In this document: piece after piece, positions 157,639 to 172,540 of the stretch
Layout: the number at the start of each line of letters is the position of its first letter
Numbering within the stretch: position 1 is the stretch's first letter
Source: Wallemia ichthyophaga EXF-994
Taxonomy: Eukaryota; Fungi; Basidiomycota
Direction: 5' to 3'
DNA: 248,000 nt
NCBI RefSeq assembly: GCF_000400465.1
Contig: NW_008806277.1
Span: forward strand, 20,001 to 268,000
Notes under the pieces: generated by a model
Databases searched by the model: none
Told to the model about the DNA's origin: nothing
Seen by the model: the letters and a program-made list of their open reading frames with translations, nothing else
Program-made: the position numbers and the translations under genes

Positions 157639-158706
157639 ATGTCGCTTGATGTCGGAGACGTTGACGCGTGGATAGACACTTTATCGCAGTGTAAACAACT
157701 ATCAGAATCTGACGTTAAATTGCTTTGTGACAAGGTGGGCGTCCTGCCAACACACACAGCAATTTCTAAGCAGATACACAGGCCAGAGAAATCCTTATCG
157801 AAGAGTCTAACGTACAGCCCGTTAGATGCCCAGTCACTGTCTGTGGTGATATCCACGGCCAATTCGTGCGTGTACCGCTTCCGTAGTCGTCTAGTCCCGC
157901 TTATCGACGTCTAGCACGATTTAATCGAGTTGTTTAGAATCGGTGGCAATTCCCCTTCCACTAACTATCTTTTCATGGGCGATTACGTTGATAGAGGTTA
158001 CTACTCAGTGGAGACAGTCACCCTCCTCGTTGCTTTGAAACTCCGCTATAGAGAGAGAATCACTATCTTGCGCGGTAATCACGAGTCAAGACAGATTACT
158101 CAGGTCTATGGCTTCTACGATGAGTGTCTCAGGAAATATGGAAACGCAAATGTTTGGAAATTCTTCACCGATCTATTTGATTACCTCCCACTCACCGCTT
158201 TGATTGATAACCAGATCTTCTGTCTCCACGGCGGTCTATCCCCTTCAATTGACACCCTCGACCACATACGCTCCATTGACCGCATCCAAGAAGTTCCTCA
158301 CGAGGGCCCGATGTGTGACCTCCTCTGGTCCGATCCAGACGACCGCTGTGGCTGGGGTATCTCCCCTCGTGGTGCTGGTTATACTTTCGGCCAAGACATT
158401 TCTGAAGCTTTTAACCATTCAAACGGCCTCACCCTCGTAGCACGTGCTCACCAACTCGTCATGGAAGGTTACAACTGGTCCCAAGACAGAAACGTCGTCA
158501 CTTTGTTCTCTGCACCAAATTACTGTTATAGATGTGGTAACCAAGCTGCGATTATGGAGATTGATGAGAATCTCAAGTACACTTTCTTACAATTTGACCC
158601 AGCACCAAGAGCTGGTGAACCAATGGTGTCTCGAAGAGTTCCGGACTACGTGAGTTGAGTGTCTTTCGTCTCACTTTCATGCTGACTCTCTCTTGCAGTT
158701 CTTATA
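157639..158706 (+). CDS. PPH21: PP2A catalytic subunit
   Basis: GDYVDRG, RGNHE, RRVPDY(FL). Confidence 0.96.
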
Positions 158707-159267
158707 GGCTATTACTCACTGTATTTATGTTTGCACTGGGTATTTTACTTGTACAATGTGTAACTACGAAGAAAATGTAACGACGAAAACAATATCAACA
158801 GTTCATATATTATTAGCGATATATCAATCTATTTCGATTACTTCTTTGTGTTTTTCTAGGTGGGTGGTTTGAGTATGGAGGGATTTGATGAGGGATATAC
158901 TCACTCTTATTTCTGCTACTACTACTACTACTACTTCCAAAACCTTCTTCCTTAATTTTTGGCTTGCAATCTACAATCTTATCGAGCGTAGATTGTTTGG
159001 TATCGAACGGCTCAACATCGTGACCAAGAAAAGCCTGCTTTAGGTGTTAGTATGTTGTGATTTGTCTAAGCCAACCCACATCCCACGCACTGCCCGTTTC
159101 TTCCCTATTTATGTGTCAATCTACAGTTGAAACAACTTCAACCAACTCACAGCTTCATATCACCCATCAGTTGTCTTCTGTCAGTGTCTGTTTCGGTAAA
159201 ATCAAGTTCGTCTTCTGTTGTAGAACCTGAATCTTCGTTTTCCGGTTTTGTCTTTGTCTGAGACTTG

Positions 159268-160322
159268 TTAGGGATAACAATTGATATTCAAGCCAGCATC
159301 ACCCACCATAGCTGCTAAGCGCTTTTCAGTTGCTTCGAGGCGCAACGCGCGCGCACTCTTAGACGTAGCACGTTTTCTATAGGTTGAATTAGGATCTTGA
159401 CCTTTTTCCAAGCCAAGAGAGGCACCATCGACGCGATTACCAGCACCAATAGTCATGCCTTTTCGTGTTAGTGGTTTCTTGCGTTTTTTTGGTTTCCAGA
159501 CGCTAGACTTTGAGCGCGATTGAGCACCACCTAGTAAGTGTGCGAATGTTAGCTGGCGAGTAGGCCTACAGACAAATCTCACCGCAAATATAGTCGGCAA
159601 AATCACCAGCCGCGAGTGCAGTCTGACCTTGAACAGTTGCGTTATCTGCCAAGCGCGTCCCAGAGGACCAGTAGCCGTCACCAAAGTAGCCTTTCTGCCT
159701 GAGAGCTGTAGCCTGTGATCGGAGGTCTTCGTTGTACTGCGTTTGTGTGAGAGTGGCTTTTTTTATGACTGTGGCACACACTTTGTGAAAAAATTTTGAG
159801 TGATTCATGTCTGTGATAGGTGAGTTTGAGTGATTTTTCTGGGTAGCTCATCAAAAACTCACGTTTTATGTGCTAGTGGCTTTATCAGTCGAATCGATGC
159901 CTAAAGACAGCCTCACTCACCGCGAGCTCATGGCAAAGGACATTACTGGGGCGTCTGTGAGTGCTGTTTGGGATGCTTGAAAGATTAAAATTCTCACAGC
160001 AAGAAAGGGAAGGGATAGAATTGGCCGCTTGGTCTTCTGAGGACGAGTTCTGTGATGTCGTCATAAATTGATATTGGCAGACGATGAGCTTGGGCATACC
160101 AACAACCTAATCAGAGTGTTGGATGGTTTTTATGCTACTAATTCCACCCACATCCCCTGCATTCCAATTTCTGCCTACAAATACTTGGTTGAACTGGTAT
160201 TCCTCCAAGCTATTCACCTTAAGCCCCTCAGACTTCATCACTGGCCTAACCTGGGCAGCTAAAGAGCGTAGCAGACTAGGCAACTCATTAGCAACTCCTC
160301 CACTCGCGCTGATCCGCTTCAC
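159268..160322 (-). CDS. WLM metalloprotease Wss1-like (core exons)
   Basis: FVGRNWNAGD, LCHELA. Confidence 0.75.
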
Positions 160323-160983
160323 TCAACTCCCTAGCCTCCTTCTGATTGCTGGCTGGCAATGCCGTAGTAAAATTAATTTCTGGGTTTGGATTCGCCTCCT
160401 TCTCGTTTATCCTGCGTGCATCACAATGAGCTATTATCTACACCCTGAAATTTCCACACCTCAGCACCATGAAGTAGAATGAAATAAAGTGAAGTTGATA
160501 CATTGTGCTGAGTAATCCAATCTCAAATATTTTCAAATCGTTCACCGATTACGCCATCTCTGCGATGCCTAGAAGTGGAGCTTGATAGGCATGCTTTATA
160601 GTCACATATCTGGAAATTGGCCGCGGGGATGACATGAAGGCTGTGTAAATTCAATATATACTGCACGTGGAGTCGCTCGCCTTTACTTGGTTGCCCGGTG
160701 CCCGAGTGCCCGGGTGTCTGTCGCAGCAAACACACAGGGAGTTCAGTAGACCAATGTAAGGGGCAAGTATACTCAAATATACGTTTATTATTCCATATGA
160801 CACCCTCAATGCTATCGCAAAACCGTGTTTTACCCTTGTTTCAATTTTTACTCCGCTTTGCCTTTAAAAGCGCACTAATTCACTCTTCTTTGTTATCAGC
160901 TATCAACTCGAAAGCAGCAGAGCTTCTTTCAAGAATAAAACATCTTTAAGTCTTCACAATCTCTTAATCTCACAGCAAGATCT

Positions 160984-162138
160984 ATGTTATTAACATCAAC
161001 ACTCCTTGCAATCGTAGCAACTGTCACAGCTCACGGGACTGTCAACCGTATCGACGTTGAAGGCGGACAGTCATTCTCTGGCCCACTAATCGGCTCAAAC
161101 GACAACAGCGGCCCAATCTGGCATGTCTCAACTAGCAGTCCAGTCACGGACCTCCAAAGCAATTCAATGTTCTGTGGTGTTGACGCTATCCCTGGTCAGC
161201 AATCACCTAATATCGGTGCTGGCTCGACTTTAACCATCCACTGGGGACAAGGTTACGCAGACAGTGGTGACCAATGGCCTCATAACACAGGCCCAATCAT
161301 GACCTACATGGCTAAATGTAATGGTGACTGCAGTAACGCAGACTCTGCCAGCTCCAACTTTTTCAAGATCTCCGAGCTCGGTATTGAGAATGGTGAATGG
161401 GTTCAAGCTCAACTCAAGAATGGTCAACCATACTCTGTTCAAATCCCAAATGATGTCCAACCTGGTAAGTGCATTGTGTGACTACTTAATATGGCTAAGA
161501 CTGTGACAGGTAATTACCTAATTAGAACGGAGATCGTTGCACTCCATTCAGGCGTTGAGAGTTACCCATCATGCTCACAGTTCACTGTGACTGGTGATGG
161601 CTCAAACTCATACGCAAGCGCTACAGCTAAATTCCCTGGTGCCTACTTAGCTTCTGATCCTGGTCTTCAAATTGCCGGTGGATCCGTATACAATATTCAA
161701 TCGAGTGTTGAATACCAATTTCCTGGTCCAGCACCCGTTACTGGAGTTCACTTGGGTGTACCTGTTGGTAGAAACGGAGGCAGCAAAAAGTTTGCTGCTC
161801 AACAGCCAAGCTCGGATTCATCACACTCAAGTTACAGCTCGGATAGCCAATCATTTAGCCAGCAATCGCAACAAAATGAATCAAAGTCGCAATCACAATC
161901 AAATGGACCAGACTCAGAATCTGGTAACTCTGGTTGCAACAACCAATACGAACAATGCCTTCAAGCATATGTTCCAGGCAGCGGAGACTTTGATTGTCAG
162001 ACTCAATTTGTCTCATGTCAACAACAGTCACTAGGAAGACGTTGGTCTACCATTCAAAGACCAACCAAACGCTCAAAATCGTTGAAGCGCACTCAACAAC
162101 GCAACGCTAGAATGATGTATCGTACCGTTCATTTGTAA
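160984..162138 (+). CDS. AA9 lytic polysaccharide monooxygenase
   Basis: Signal|HG, WPHNTGP, EIVALH..ESYPSC. Confidence 0.88.
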
Positions 162139-162759
162139 ACGGAGATAACTTCAACGCGGCTTTCATTCTCGAATAAAACAATAAGGAACCGGATTCCTTC
162201 AAATTGATTATAGCACATATCTCCCTCTCTTTACATACCTTGACGGTGCCATGTATTCTAACTAACGCTCGCTTATCTTATAACAGATCTGGAGGTCTTA
162301 CGAAATCACATCAATGTAAACAATACATATTTAACACGATTGTTGATCAATCTGTTTTCTTCTACGATAATTCCTTTTGGTGTAATGTGTGATGTCTTAG
162401 CAGTTGACGAGCTCTGGCACTTATTGCAAAATAAATTGTAGAAAATGGACCATGTATTTAAACAATGATATCATGTATTGAGTTTAAGTCTATTAAATAT
162501 TTGCCCTTTTATCCTAAAAAAACAATTTACTGACAAGTGTTCCGATCTATATGTACTTGAGATTTATAACGCGAAGGAATTAGTTAGTGAAAAATTATTT
162601 CCGTGATGCTACATAGCTGAGCGTCCAGCGGCTTTTTGTTTGATTAGAGTTGTCAAATACGAACAATCAACTACTTACTTTCGATTGGCAAAAATATTTG
162701 TGAAAGTCCACAGAATATTAAAAGTGCTCCAGAAACATACAGTGGTGTGGGTGATCCCG

Positions 162760-164844
162760 CTTTAGCCCCAAATGCGTGAATGATTGGTGCGAGTAAACCG
162801 AAAATTCTGTTCAAGCTGCTGCAAAGCGCGTCACCGGTAGCGCGATGTGGTCCAGGGAATGCTTCTGGTGTGTACTTTGGAAAATATCAGTAAGTTGAGG
162901 CTAATAAATCAACCAACTTACAGCAAAGAGAATACCATACATAGCATTTTGTGCGAAGGAGGCAACACATTGGAATGCGAGAATAGAGTCAGGTTGCTTC
163001 GTTGATGAGAACAAGAAGATGAAGATACCGGTTAAGATGGAGAAAATAGACAGTGCACCACGTCTACCAAACCAGCGACCTTTGACTTCAACGAGACCAG
163101 CAGCTATTAATGAACCTGGAATACCCAATACTGCTTGGATGGTGTAATCACGATATGTGTGATAAGTGTCCGAGTTGGTTTTTCCGTTCAAATAAGTTGG
163201 CAAGAATGAGTTGTATAAGGGGTAAGCAAGTCCGATGAGTGCCCAAGACATCATAAGTAAAATTGTGTTGATTGCAAGCTTTTTGGTGGCGAAAAGAGGC
163301 TGCAAAAATCTTAAATGATCTGAAGAGCGAAAGAGCGAGGAAATTACGCACCTTAATATGATTCAAGTTCATATGAGCCAAGTTCATTTTTATGAGCTCT
163401 TTAGTGGAGAATTTCTGTGGCTTTTGATCGAATTCCAGGCCCTGAGCACGAATGGCATCCTTCATCTTCTCCAAAGTGAGTGGGCATTCGACTCTGTTTT
163501 TCTTTGCAATATGCTCAATAACAGCAACAGCAGCCTCATCCTTTCCTTGGCTGAGGTAAAACTATACATAGTCAATACCGTACCTATAATTATGATTAAA
163601 CCAACCTTTGGAGATTCCTTGATCGGCAAAATGAAAGAACGAGTAAGGAACATCAAGAAAGTGAATCCGCCAACAACAAATAGACCATAACGCCATCCAG
163701 CATTAGTGTCCCAATTACAATTGCCGGCATCTGCCATAGCCTGATCACAAGCCCACTGCGGTTGACTGACGAAACCCCAAACAGCGACAGAACTTATTAC
163801 GAGACCGAGTGACCAGAAAGAGGAGAGCAAAGTAAGCAGCCATTGCTGTTTGGCTGGCAGGAATTCAAGCAGAAGCGCTCCATCGACTGGGAGATTACCG
163901 CCCAATCCTAGTCCAACACCAGCTGCCATGGCAGAAAAAGAAACGAAGCTGTTGGCTGATCCGATAGCAGTACCAAATGCACCACAAAGAAAAAGTGATG
164001 CATTGAACGATAGGAGCTTTTGACTGTTATGATGTATAGGTGAAGACAGATTGTACTCACACGACCAAATATGTCAGCTGAAAAGCCGAAGAAAGTAGCA
164101 CCAATAACCAAACCGACATAAAGTGCGAGCTGTGTATGATTAGTAAAAAACTTTTCAGTGTGATTTACTTTAACGTACAGTTGCCATCTCAAAATTTTCT
164201 GGTTGGAATTCATAGGTTATCCAGGTCAAAGAGACGGCAATTGCTCTGGGTGGTGGAAGTGTTAAGTTGGTTCAAATGCGTATGCAGGTGTACTCACTGA
164301 ATCCTGCATAAGTGTGAGTTTTTATGTGAGACCTAGTCAAATTAACGCACCACATGTTATCAGCTGAAAAGATTTAGTTAGGCTATTCGAATGCATGACC
164401 TCACTCACCAAGCCTGCCGCAGAGATTTAGAAGCTGTAAATATCAGAATGAACGACTCACCATCCCATTCCTAGTCATGAGTGAGCAAATATGCAAATCA
164501 ACGCTAACGAAGAAGGCTCACCTGCAACAAAGAAGAGTTGAATCTGATATCTCCCGAAGCCCATTTGATTCAGCGCATCGTTCACCTTAAACCTTGTCAG
164601 CCTTAGCTAATTTTTAATTAAGCAATCTACCATTTGGCATTTTATCTAGTAAATGACTTAATCAGCTCTGATAAAAAGCTTAGGCTTGGTGCTTACAGTA
164701 TAAGAATGCTCCAACCCATATGCTGAGCTGTTATCCAAACTCGATTCCGACTCGCTCACTTGTTTTGTATCGTAGAGAACCTTCTTCTCAGGTGATTGGT
164801 CTGAATGGTTAGACTGCGTCTGTAGCTGCTGTTCCATGTCTTTA
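162760..164844 (-). CDS. MFS transporter (SV2-like), many exons
   Basis: GGNLPVDG, WRYGLF, GRRGAL. Confidence 0.85.
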
Positions 164845-165651
164845 TTGTTCATTTCAATTTAATTTAAACTCGCTCCTGATCAAGGATTGCGCTCCGCTCA
164901 CAAGTTTGACGATCTTGAGGATTCTCCCATTAATATAAAATGAATATGGGAGCATCGTTATTTTTATAAAAATAAGCAAGTCAATCACTGACCTGAGAGC
165001 AAAGCGCACGTATTTTCCTCGGCTTTGTACGCTCATTCAACGAAGAGATTTAGCCAATTTCACCATCATCTGATATCATCATCAGTTACATAACAATTGT
165101 GATGTGCATTAAGAAATCTATCACGCTTTACAACTTTTAAATTAACTCTTTTATATTCCATGTTCTTTTCTTTCTATCCGCATCCGTAAATCTTTCTCCG
165201 CCGTTTCACACCCTGCCGATAAGCGGTACCCAAATTGAGTCTTGTTAGCACCGATGAGCTTCTTGAGTTATTCTGCATTCCACAATACTTTAAACTAAAC
165301 GTTTTACATTCATGCCAAATGCCAATTAATTCCGAATCAAATTTTTGAGCTTCACGCCCTTCAAATTTCCAAGTCAAATCAAATTTTTAAAGGCGCTCAT
165401 TTTGAATACTAAAGGGGAACTTTCACGACTCACCTCAAATTAAAAAATCGCACATATCTCCGGCAAATGACGAAAAAATCGTGATTGAATCACACTGGCA
165501 TGCAAAAAAAGAATCTACGCATGAATTAATATAATTTTTATGCCGTAACTCCAGATTCCATTTCGCTGATATCGTACCTTGATCATCTCGCGCCACTGAT
165601 CCAGTTACAGACATCTGAGAAGACATTTGACTCCAAATTACGTAAGTCTAT

Positions 165652-167600
165652 TCAAATCGGTACAATACTGATAGAATCATTACAAACAACTTGTAAACCG
165701 ACTTTAAGCGAATCAGCCAAGTTGCTATCGAATTTTTGTATAGTCTTGGCGGGCTCCTCGCCGATACTCTCGCACGGGACATCCCGCTCCATTCTATTGA
165801 GCACCTCATTGGTCGACTGTGATAAAAATGTTCTGACGGCGAGTGGATCAGATCTCAGTGCTGCGGGCGGCAGGGTATTCTTCAGGTTTGTGTGCGTCGC
165901 TTGAAGCGCGCCTAAAGCTTGTGACGCTGGCAAAGTTGTGATATTACCCTGTGTAAGCGTCGTCATGCGCACGACTGGAAGCTTTTAATGAGGTCAGCGG
166001 GTGTGCACGTTATCTAACGGTAAGCTCACAAGGAGATAGTGATACGAGGAGGCATTGGGTAAGTAGCTGTGCCCGAGTCTGATTGCAGATACCAGAGTGA
166101 AAGCAATGTCATTCAATAGTGTCTCTTTGAAAGAAGACGCGGAGATTGACTTCCAGTTCTTGATCAATAGTTCCAGAGTGTTAGATAGAGTAGACCATAA
166201 TTCATACCAATGGTATTCTGTGGAGCGCGTTAGAATGTGGTACACTAATACTCAATAACCACCCACGTAAGCTCGCCTGCAATCGCTGAATATGCCAGAG
166301 CGCACGATTAATGATATGTACTGCAATTAATGAGTTCTCAATGTTAAACTCCTCCTTCTCTGCAGGCTTGGGTATATTGAATCTCAAGTATATTGTACAG
166401 CAATCCAACACTGACTCCATCATTGGTCTATATGCTTTCGGTACTGGTAGTTGAGGCTTCCGCTGCCTACATATGTCTATGCGTCTATTGTCTATAACTG
166501 GTGCTGCGGAATTTGGTGTTAACGGTGTGTTAGTACCGTTGGATTGTAAAGGCTGACTCTTTGGTGATTGTGGCACTGAAGATGGCGCGCTCTTACCTGA
166601 AGAGTTTGAGGAGGTTGGTTTGAGAAGTACCTCTGCGCATTCATCTGCCTCTACTAAGGCTGAGACGGTGTACAAACCTAACGAAGCATATGCTTGTGCA
166701 CGCTTATTGGCGGATGCATGTGTGAAGATGTACGAAAGTGCGGAAAGTAGAGTTACTGGAGCGTTAGGTTCACCTGGCGGTTGACTGTAAATCAAAACCT
166801 CGCATAGCAAACCTGAAAATATTGAGTTGGCATTAATGAACTCGAAAAATGGCAGTAGAATGGCTGTCACGTTGGCAGGTCTAGAGAATCGCGTTAGCTT
166901 TGTCCTAAGCACCACTGAAAACGACCCACAAATCACCATACACTTCTTTTGATATATTGGAATCATCATGATTGTTTGAAAAGGGCAATATTGACATTAT
167001 TGAGTTGGAGATAGACTTAGCAGGTAGTCTGGTGTGATATTCACTGATGCATTTTTCCATTGCAGTGCTCGTTATCAAGATAATCTTTTTCATGACGTCT
167101 GTCTCAACAAAATCACGCACACGACGTAGGTATCTGTTGAGATTTTGAGCTTGAGCTTTGTGATAGTTGGATAAAACGCCTATCAAGAGAGTGGCCTCAA
167201 AAGTGAAACCAGTAGTCGGAGGGGAGGAAATGATTCTGATGAGTGAGTTGAAGAGATCACGTCTTTGAAAGAAGGCACCTATAGCACCTTGATTAACACC
167301 ACAAACAAAAAGAATTGTCAAGTGTAAAGTGCGATGAATTGTGGCAGAGTTAGCTTCGGGGTATTTAAGGGTGTTGTCGATTGCTGCGACTAAGTCAGAT
167401 ATTGTTTTGTCGCTATGTCCATTGCCGCAAAGAGCTTGGGTGATGTTTGTAGATATCTTAAGCTTTGAGATAACAGTTTTTGAGAGTAAAACCATTGTCT
167501 ACGAATTTGTATTAGCTGTGCAGAAAGCAAAAAACACAAGCAACGTACGTGTAAAGCGTTGAGCTTTCTAGGATCATCGAAGGAACTCTTTTGATAGAAC
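165652..167600 (-). CDS. ARMH3/DUF1741-like protein
   Basis: YHKAQAQN.Y, helical repeats. Confidence 0.5.
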
Positions 167601-167965
167601 TCCAAGGACATAGTAAAGAATAGAGTGATTATAGGCTGAAGATCCTTTTCAATCCTCGTTGATTCAAACTGATCGAATTGAGTTGCGAACCAGAGACGGT
167701 GACTGGGCAGCCAATCAAGGCAGAATAAATCGGTGAAGAACCTCTTTTGATCAGATTCGGCGTCCTTTGGTAGTTTTCCCTGGTGTGGATAAGAATGAGT
167801 GCGATAAGGAGGGTATAGCGTACATCAAAGAATTGCTGGTAAATAGAAATGAGCTTTGGTTGTCGTTGAACAGCGCTGTGCATTTTGAGTGTACAAATCG
167901 AATTTGACCACGTCGCAGAGAGACGAGAAGGTAACTCGGTTCGGAACGACCAAGTTGAGGATATT

Positions 167966-168366
167966 ATGAGTGAGAAAGCGAGGGAAATGATTGAGATTCC
168001 ACAGCAATTCTTGAAGGAAGGATCTCAAGTGGGTTTGAATGTTTTCAACTGCATTATCACTGATGAGCTGTAGTTCATGAACAGGTGTACCAAGCCAAAC
168101 CAGCGCGGTTAGTAGATTTCCTGGGGAAATTGGCTTTACTAACGTACAAGGAAGAATACATACAAATCTGTAAGGCAGTTGCCATAGGATTTGCTATAAT
168201 GGGATTCATTGGTTACTTTGTGAAGCTGATACACATTCCAATGTGAGTTTGGTGATATATGAATGTAATAATCTAATGCAACCTCCAGCAACAACATTCT
168301 CGTGTAAGAAACCAAAACTCATCGATGACGTATAAGCTAACAGAAGCATACAGCGCTGGTCAATAG
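167966..168366 (+). CDS. SSS1: Sec61 gamma
   Basis: [25 protein letters not shown]. Confidence 0.93.
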
Positions 168367-169169
168367 AATGTAAAGGTTAAAAAGGGGAATCGTAAACTGA
168401 ATGAATTTGTGTACTAAATAATCTCATATCATTAGTCTCTTTCCGGGATATTTGTGTGATGCTTATGTGAAAATTGATGTTTGAGGCTATAACGGTGTAA
168501 TCTGAAGCGATCTGAGTACTCTAAACCTTTTACCAAGTCAATTAAATGTCAAGTTTAAATTCAAAATTATTTTCCAAAAAGCAAACACAGCCTCGACTTC
168601 CCACGCCATACCTACGACCCTCTGAAATGGGAAACAAGCAGCCTTCAGCGAAACCAACGAAACCAGCGACGCTTCTGTCACCTGCGAATATATTAAAGAT
168701 AGCTATCACTCAATTAACATACCCTTTCTCACTGGTCAACAAGAAAACGAAATCGACTAAAAATAGATTAATCGATCACAACCAGAGCAGGCTGAACAGA
168801 TTACTTCATTTGATAATGACTGTTTCAATGCTTATTATCGTCGTTATCACATTTTATATATTTCAAACCAAGATTTCGCGACAAATTCAATCTCAAACTC
168901 AGTCATATCCGCATCAACAGCCAAGGAGAATGTGCAGGCGGCGCATTCCGAGTAAGTGTGGTGCTGCTGATGATATTCAGCTACTGATTTTGCATTCAGA
169001 TGGATAAATAAATCAAATTACTCAGCAGTTGTTTTCTTTCTTCTTCTGTCTTGGAATATTGTGTCGCATTTCAAATATTTAATTATACAACTGTACAAAT
169101 ATACAACTGTACAATTATACATGATAATTTATTCGTTTAATCATTCATTCCAGCGCTACGCCAACGCGA

Positions 169170-169700
169170 GTGATACATATCTAGACATAGACACAAAGCT
169201 TTAGCGTCAAATATTGATCACCATAAAACTTAACTCACCCCAATATCATACTCAGACCACCTAAAGGTGTTACCGGTCCTAAAAACTTAAATCTAACTAA
169301 CGTTAATGAAAATTTTGTCATTGAAACACAATCACTAACTTATCTCTGTTCAGCACCAGTGCATATATTGATCCAGAGAACAAAATTGATCCAGTAAGTA
169401 TAGCAGGTGCAGCAAATTTAGACTTTGACGCACGAGGATGCAGACTCGTTGCCATCAGCGCTAAACCGTTGAAGACGGCATAGTGTGACCCTGTCATCCA
169501 ACTCTCAATCTGCCTTGGCTGAATACCCGCTCTTGCACGTAATCCTGCTTATCAATTAGCTGTGCGATTGTCCATCGAAAAATAGCGCACCATGTGCTCC
169601 AAATGCTCCAAAGCCAATACCAGTAGCTGCCAATAAAGCCCCAGATTTCCAAATCACAGTTTCGTTCATTTTCCCTTTAGCGATGATGGCTGTCTTCTTC
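169170..169700 (-). CDS. TMEM256/DUF423 protein
   Basis: GIGFGAFGAHG. Confidence 0.8.
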
Positions 169701-169733
169701 CATCTAACCTCTAAACACCCAACATCCACAGAA

Positions 169734-170001
169734 ATGACTTTGAGCGTGGCTGAAGCTAGTGATCCAAAGAAGAACCCCCTCAATCCAGAAGGCATAAAAC
169801 CGTAAGTCTCTTCACCGAACACCGATAAGCCACTAAGATTTCCTTAGTTGCTGTGTATGTCCACAGACCAAGAAAGCAAGAGATGAATGCTTCCTTTTCA
169901 ATGGCTCAAATGCAGACTCTTCCAACGGCTCATCCGATGCTTGCAAGGGCGTTTTAGAAGCTCATCAAGCGTGTATGCGTTCATTTGGATTCCCAGTTTG
170001 A
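169734..170001 (+). CDS. COX17: Copper chaperone Cox17
   Basis: KP|CCVCPQTKKARDEC...HQACMRSFGF. Confidence 0.92.
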
Positions 170002-170060
170002 TCTACCTTTCAACTCTAGACGTCTCTTTAAATTATTAACATTAAGTGTACAAACATTCA

Positions 170061-172413
170061 CTACTTCTTTCCTTGCCTCACTGATAACTTTATCTGATCG
170101 CCATCATCGAGATTGTAACTCGCTATAGTTTTTGAATTGGATAAAGTTATGTTTCCAAAATCTAACTTCATTCTACCAATCGGTGGCCCGCGTTTGCCCG
170201 CTCCATTCTTGTCCTCCAATGCCTCAGATATGTGCTCACGTATCACACCGCTCATTGCTGTCAGTGGAGTTGGAGATAGCTGAACAATCGATCCATCTAG
170301 TCCCCATTCTGAGTTGCTTTGATCCAGCGGAAGTTGGACTTTTAGTGTTACTTGACCTGCTGGATGATAATCCATCCACCTATGGATTGCTCATCAATAA
170401 GAGACACTAACAACAGAAAGTCAACATACTCATCCTCGGTATAATACTGTCCTTCTGGTAGCTTTTGCACTTTAGCGCGCTTAGATTTAACTGCAAATGG
170501 TTCCATTTCAGCTTCATCAGCCGTCCGCACATTGCCAGAATGTGGCATATGAAATTTGGGAACAGAAGGTCCCGATGGTGCTGCTGACATTGTTGCACCC
170601 GATGGATCGTACATGTTTCCATATGAGTTGATTTGCGGACCAGCTGTTGTGGCTTGTGGCGCTTGACTGCTGAGCTGTTAGAAATTTCAACGTTTAATCG
170701 AGACAACCCACTTTATTCCGAGCGTCTGGTTAATTCTTTCAGCTTGGACCTCTGAGTCCGCTTGCGCTTGGTAGCGTTGTGATATACTGTCAGCACTAGC
170801 CGTGTGACCATCCCAGACTCCAGCCTCTTTCCTTCTCTTGACATCTTGAGCTGCTGCTTCAGCCTCCTTCCTTCTAAGCTCGGCTTTCTCTCTATCTTGT
170901 CCGAATATATCTGTACGCCCTTGCGCAAGATTCTTGAGTGAGGAAGCAACGTCTGCACCTTGCTGCAATAGCACTGAAGCTTGACGCCTGCTTTCTGCAT
171001 ACTCCTTCTTCTCTTGCCACTTTGGATCTAAAAGCTCTATACGCAAGTGATTGGCGAATTCCTCGTTCGGCACAAGTGCACCGGAGATTGGTGAGCGTGA
171101 GAAGCCTTGCGGTATCTGTTGCTGTTGCTTTTGTGCTGAAGAAGAAGTAAGTATGTTATAATGGTGTAACAAATACACTCACACTTTGGTACATAATTGG
171201 TCTTGATCTTCATTCCCTCTGGTGCAATTGGAGCTTGAGCAGTCGGTTGTGGAGTATATTGTTGCGGTACATGTCCTTGTCCTTGCTGTGGTGCTGCTTC
171301 CATATTTACATCTTGTGTTGATGTGGATGGTTCGGTGATAATCTCTTCCTCGAGGAGGGACGTCATTCGCTTTTGTGCCATTGCAAGGTTCCTGACTTCC
171401 TTGATAGAGAGAGGAGCAGGCAATTCAAGGACGCTATCAGCTGGAGTGATCTCAATAGTCTCACAAACGACAAAGTCCTGCCAATCAATACTTTGAAATG
171501 CCGCTAAATTGAAATTAGCTCAAGTTGGGGCATATAAACGAGATAAAACCCACCTAACTCCTTTTCAGACTCCTGCTCACGCTTCTTCAAACCATCTCTC
171601 TTATAACTCTCCCATTCAGCACGTAAATTTGCGTTATCAACGAGCTGCTTCTTCTTTTCTGATAGGCTAAGCCTATCAAAGTCATCATCTAAAGGTGCAG
171701 AAGTACCCTTGATAACTTTCATGTACTGTTCAACATAATTGTTAAATAAACCGAATAGACTGTGATTTGGACGCAGGAAATCGAATTGAGGATTACGATT
171801 CTCACGACCACCAAGCATAGAAATAAAAGATTTCCCACGACGAGCAGTGAATAGTGCAGTGAGTCGTATAATATCCCTTAATGCACGTATTAGATTATGA
171901 TTTGATGGGTATCAGGCAGATGATACTCACAAATCAACAGCCAAAGCGTTGTCAGGAATATCAGCACTGAATTCATGCGCTAATGGTTCCTTTGGGATTG
172001 GCTTTGAAGGGTAAGTTGATGGCACTTGTGATATTGAAGGAGTGCTAGCTGCTGATCTACCAAAGGTATCTGAACGAATTTTAGCTCTCTGAATAGCCCT
172101 CCAGCTTCTTAGTTACCTTCTTTATCTCCTGCCTTTACTCTGTCGCACTTCCATTTGTAATAACCGTGATAAGCGTCTGCTGAGTTCAAAAATGCAAATT
172201 TCGCGTTAGATCTTTCTTTCTCTCTAATCTTCTCTTCCAAAAGAGCACCGTGTGGGGAATTTGCGACGTAATTTGCAGTTTTATCAACTATGCCTGGAGA
172301 AGGTGTGAGTGGATGGAGGTTGAGAGGCAATGAGGCGCACTTCTAATATCTGGTGGTGGATATATCATTCCCTCGGGCGGAGGAATTTTTGTAATTTGTG
172401 GATTGCCGTTCAT
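170061..172413 (-). CDS. PRP21: Splicing factor SF3A1/Prp21
   Basis: Two SURP domains, HLRIELLDPKW, C-terminal UBL. Confidence 0.92.
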
Positions 172414-172540
172414 CTGTTGGTGGTGGTGGTGAGAGATGGCAAGAGAGATGGTAAGAGATGGAACACAAGGGGAAATAAATGATATAATTATTAATGCGAT
172501 AGTTACAAATATTCGAATACAATTAATTTTAGTCATTAAC

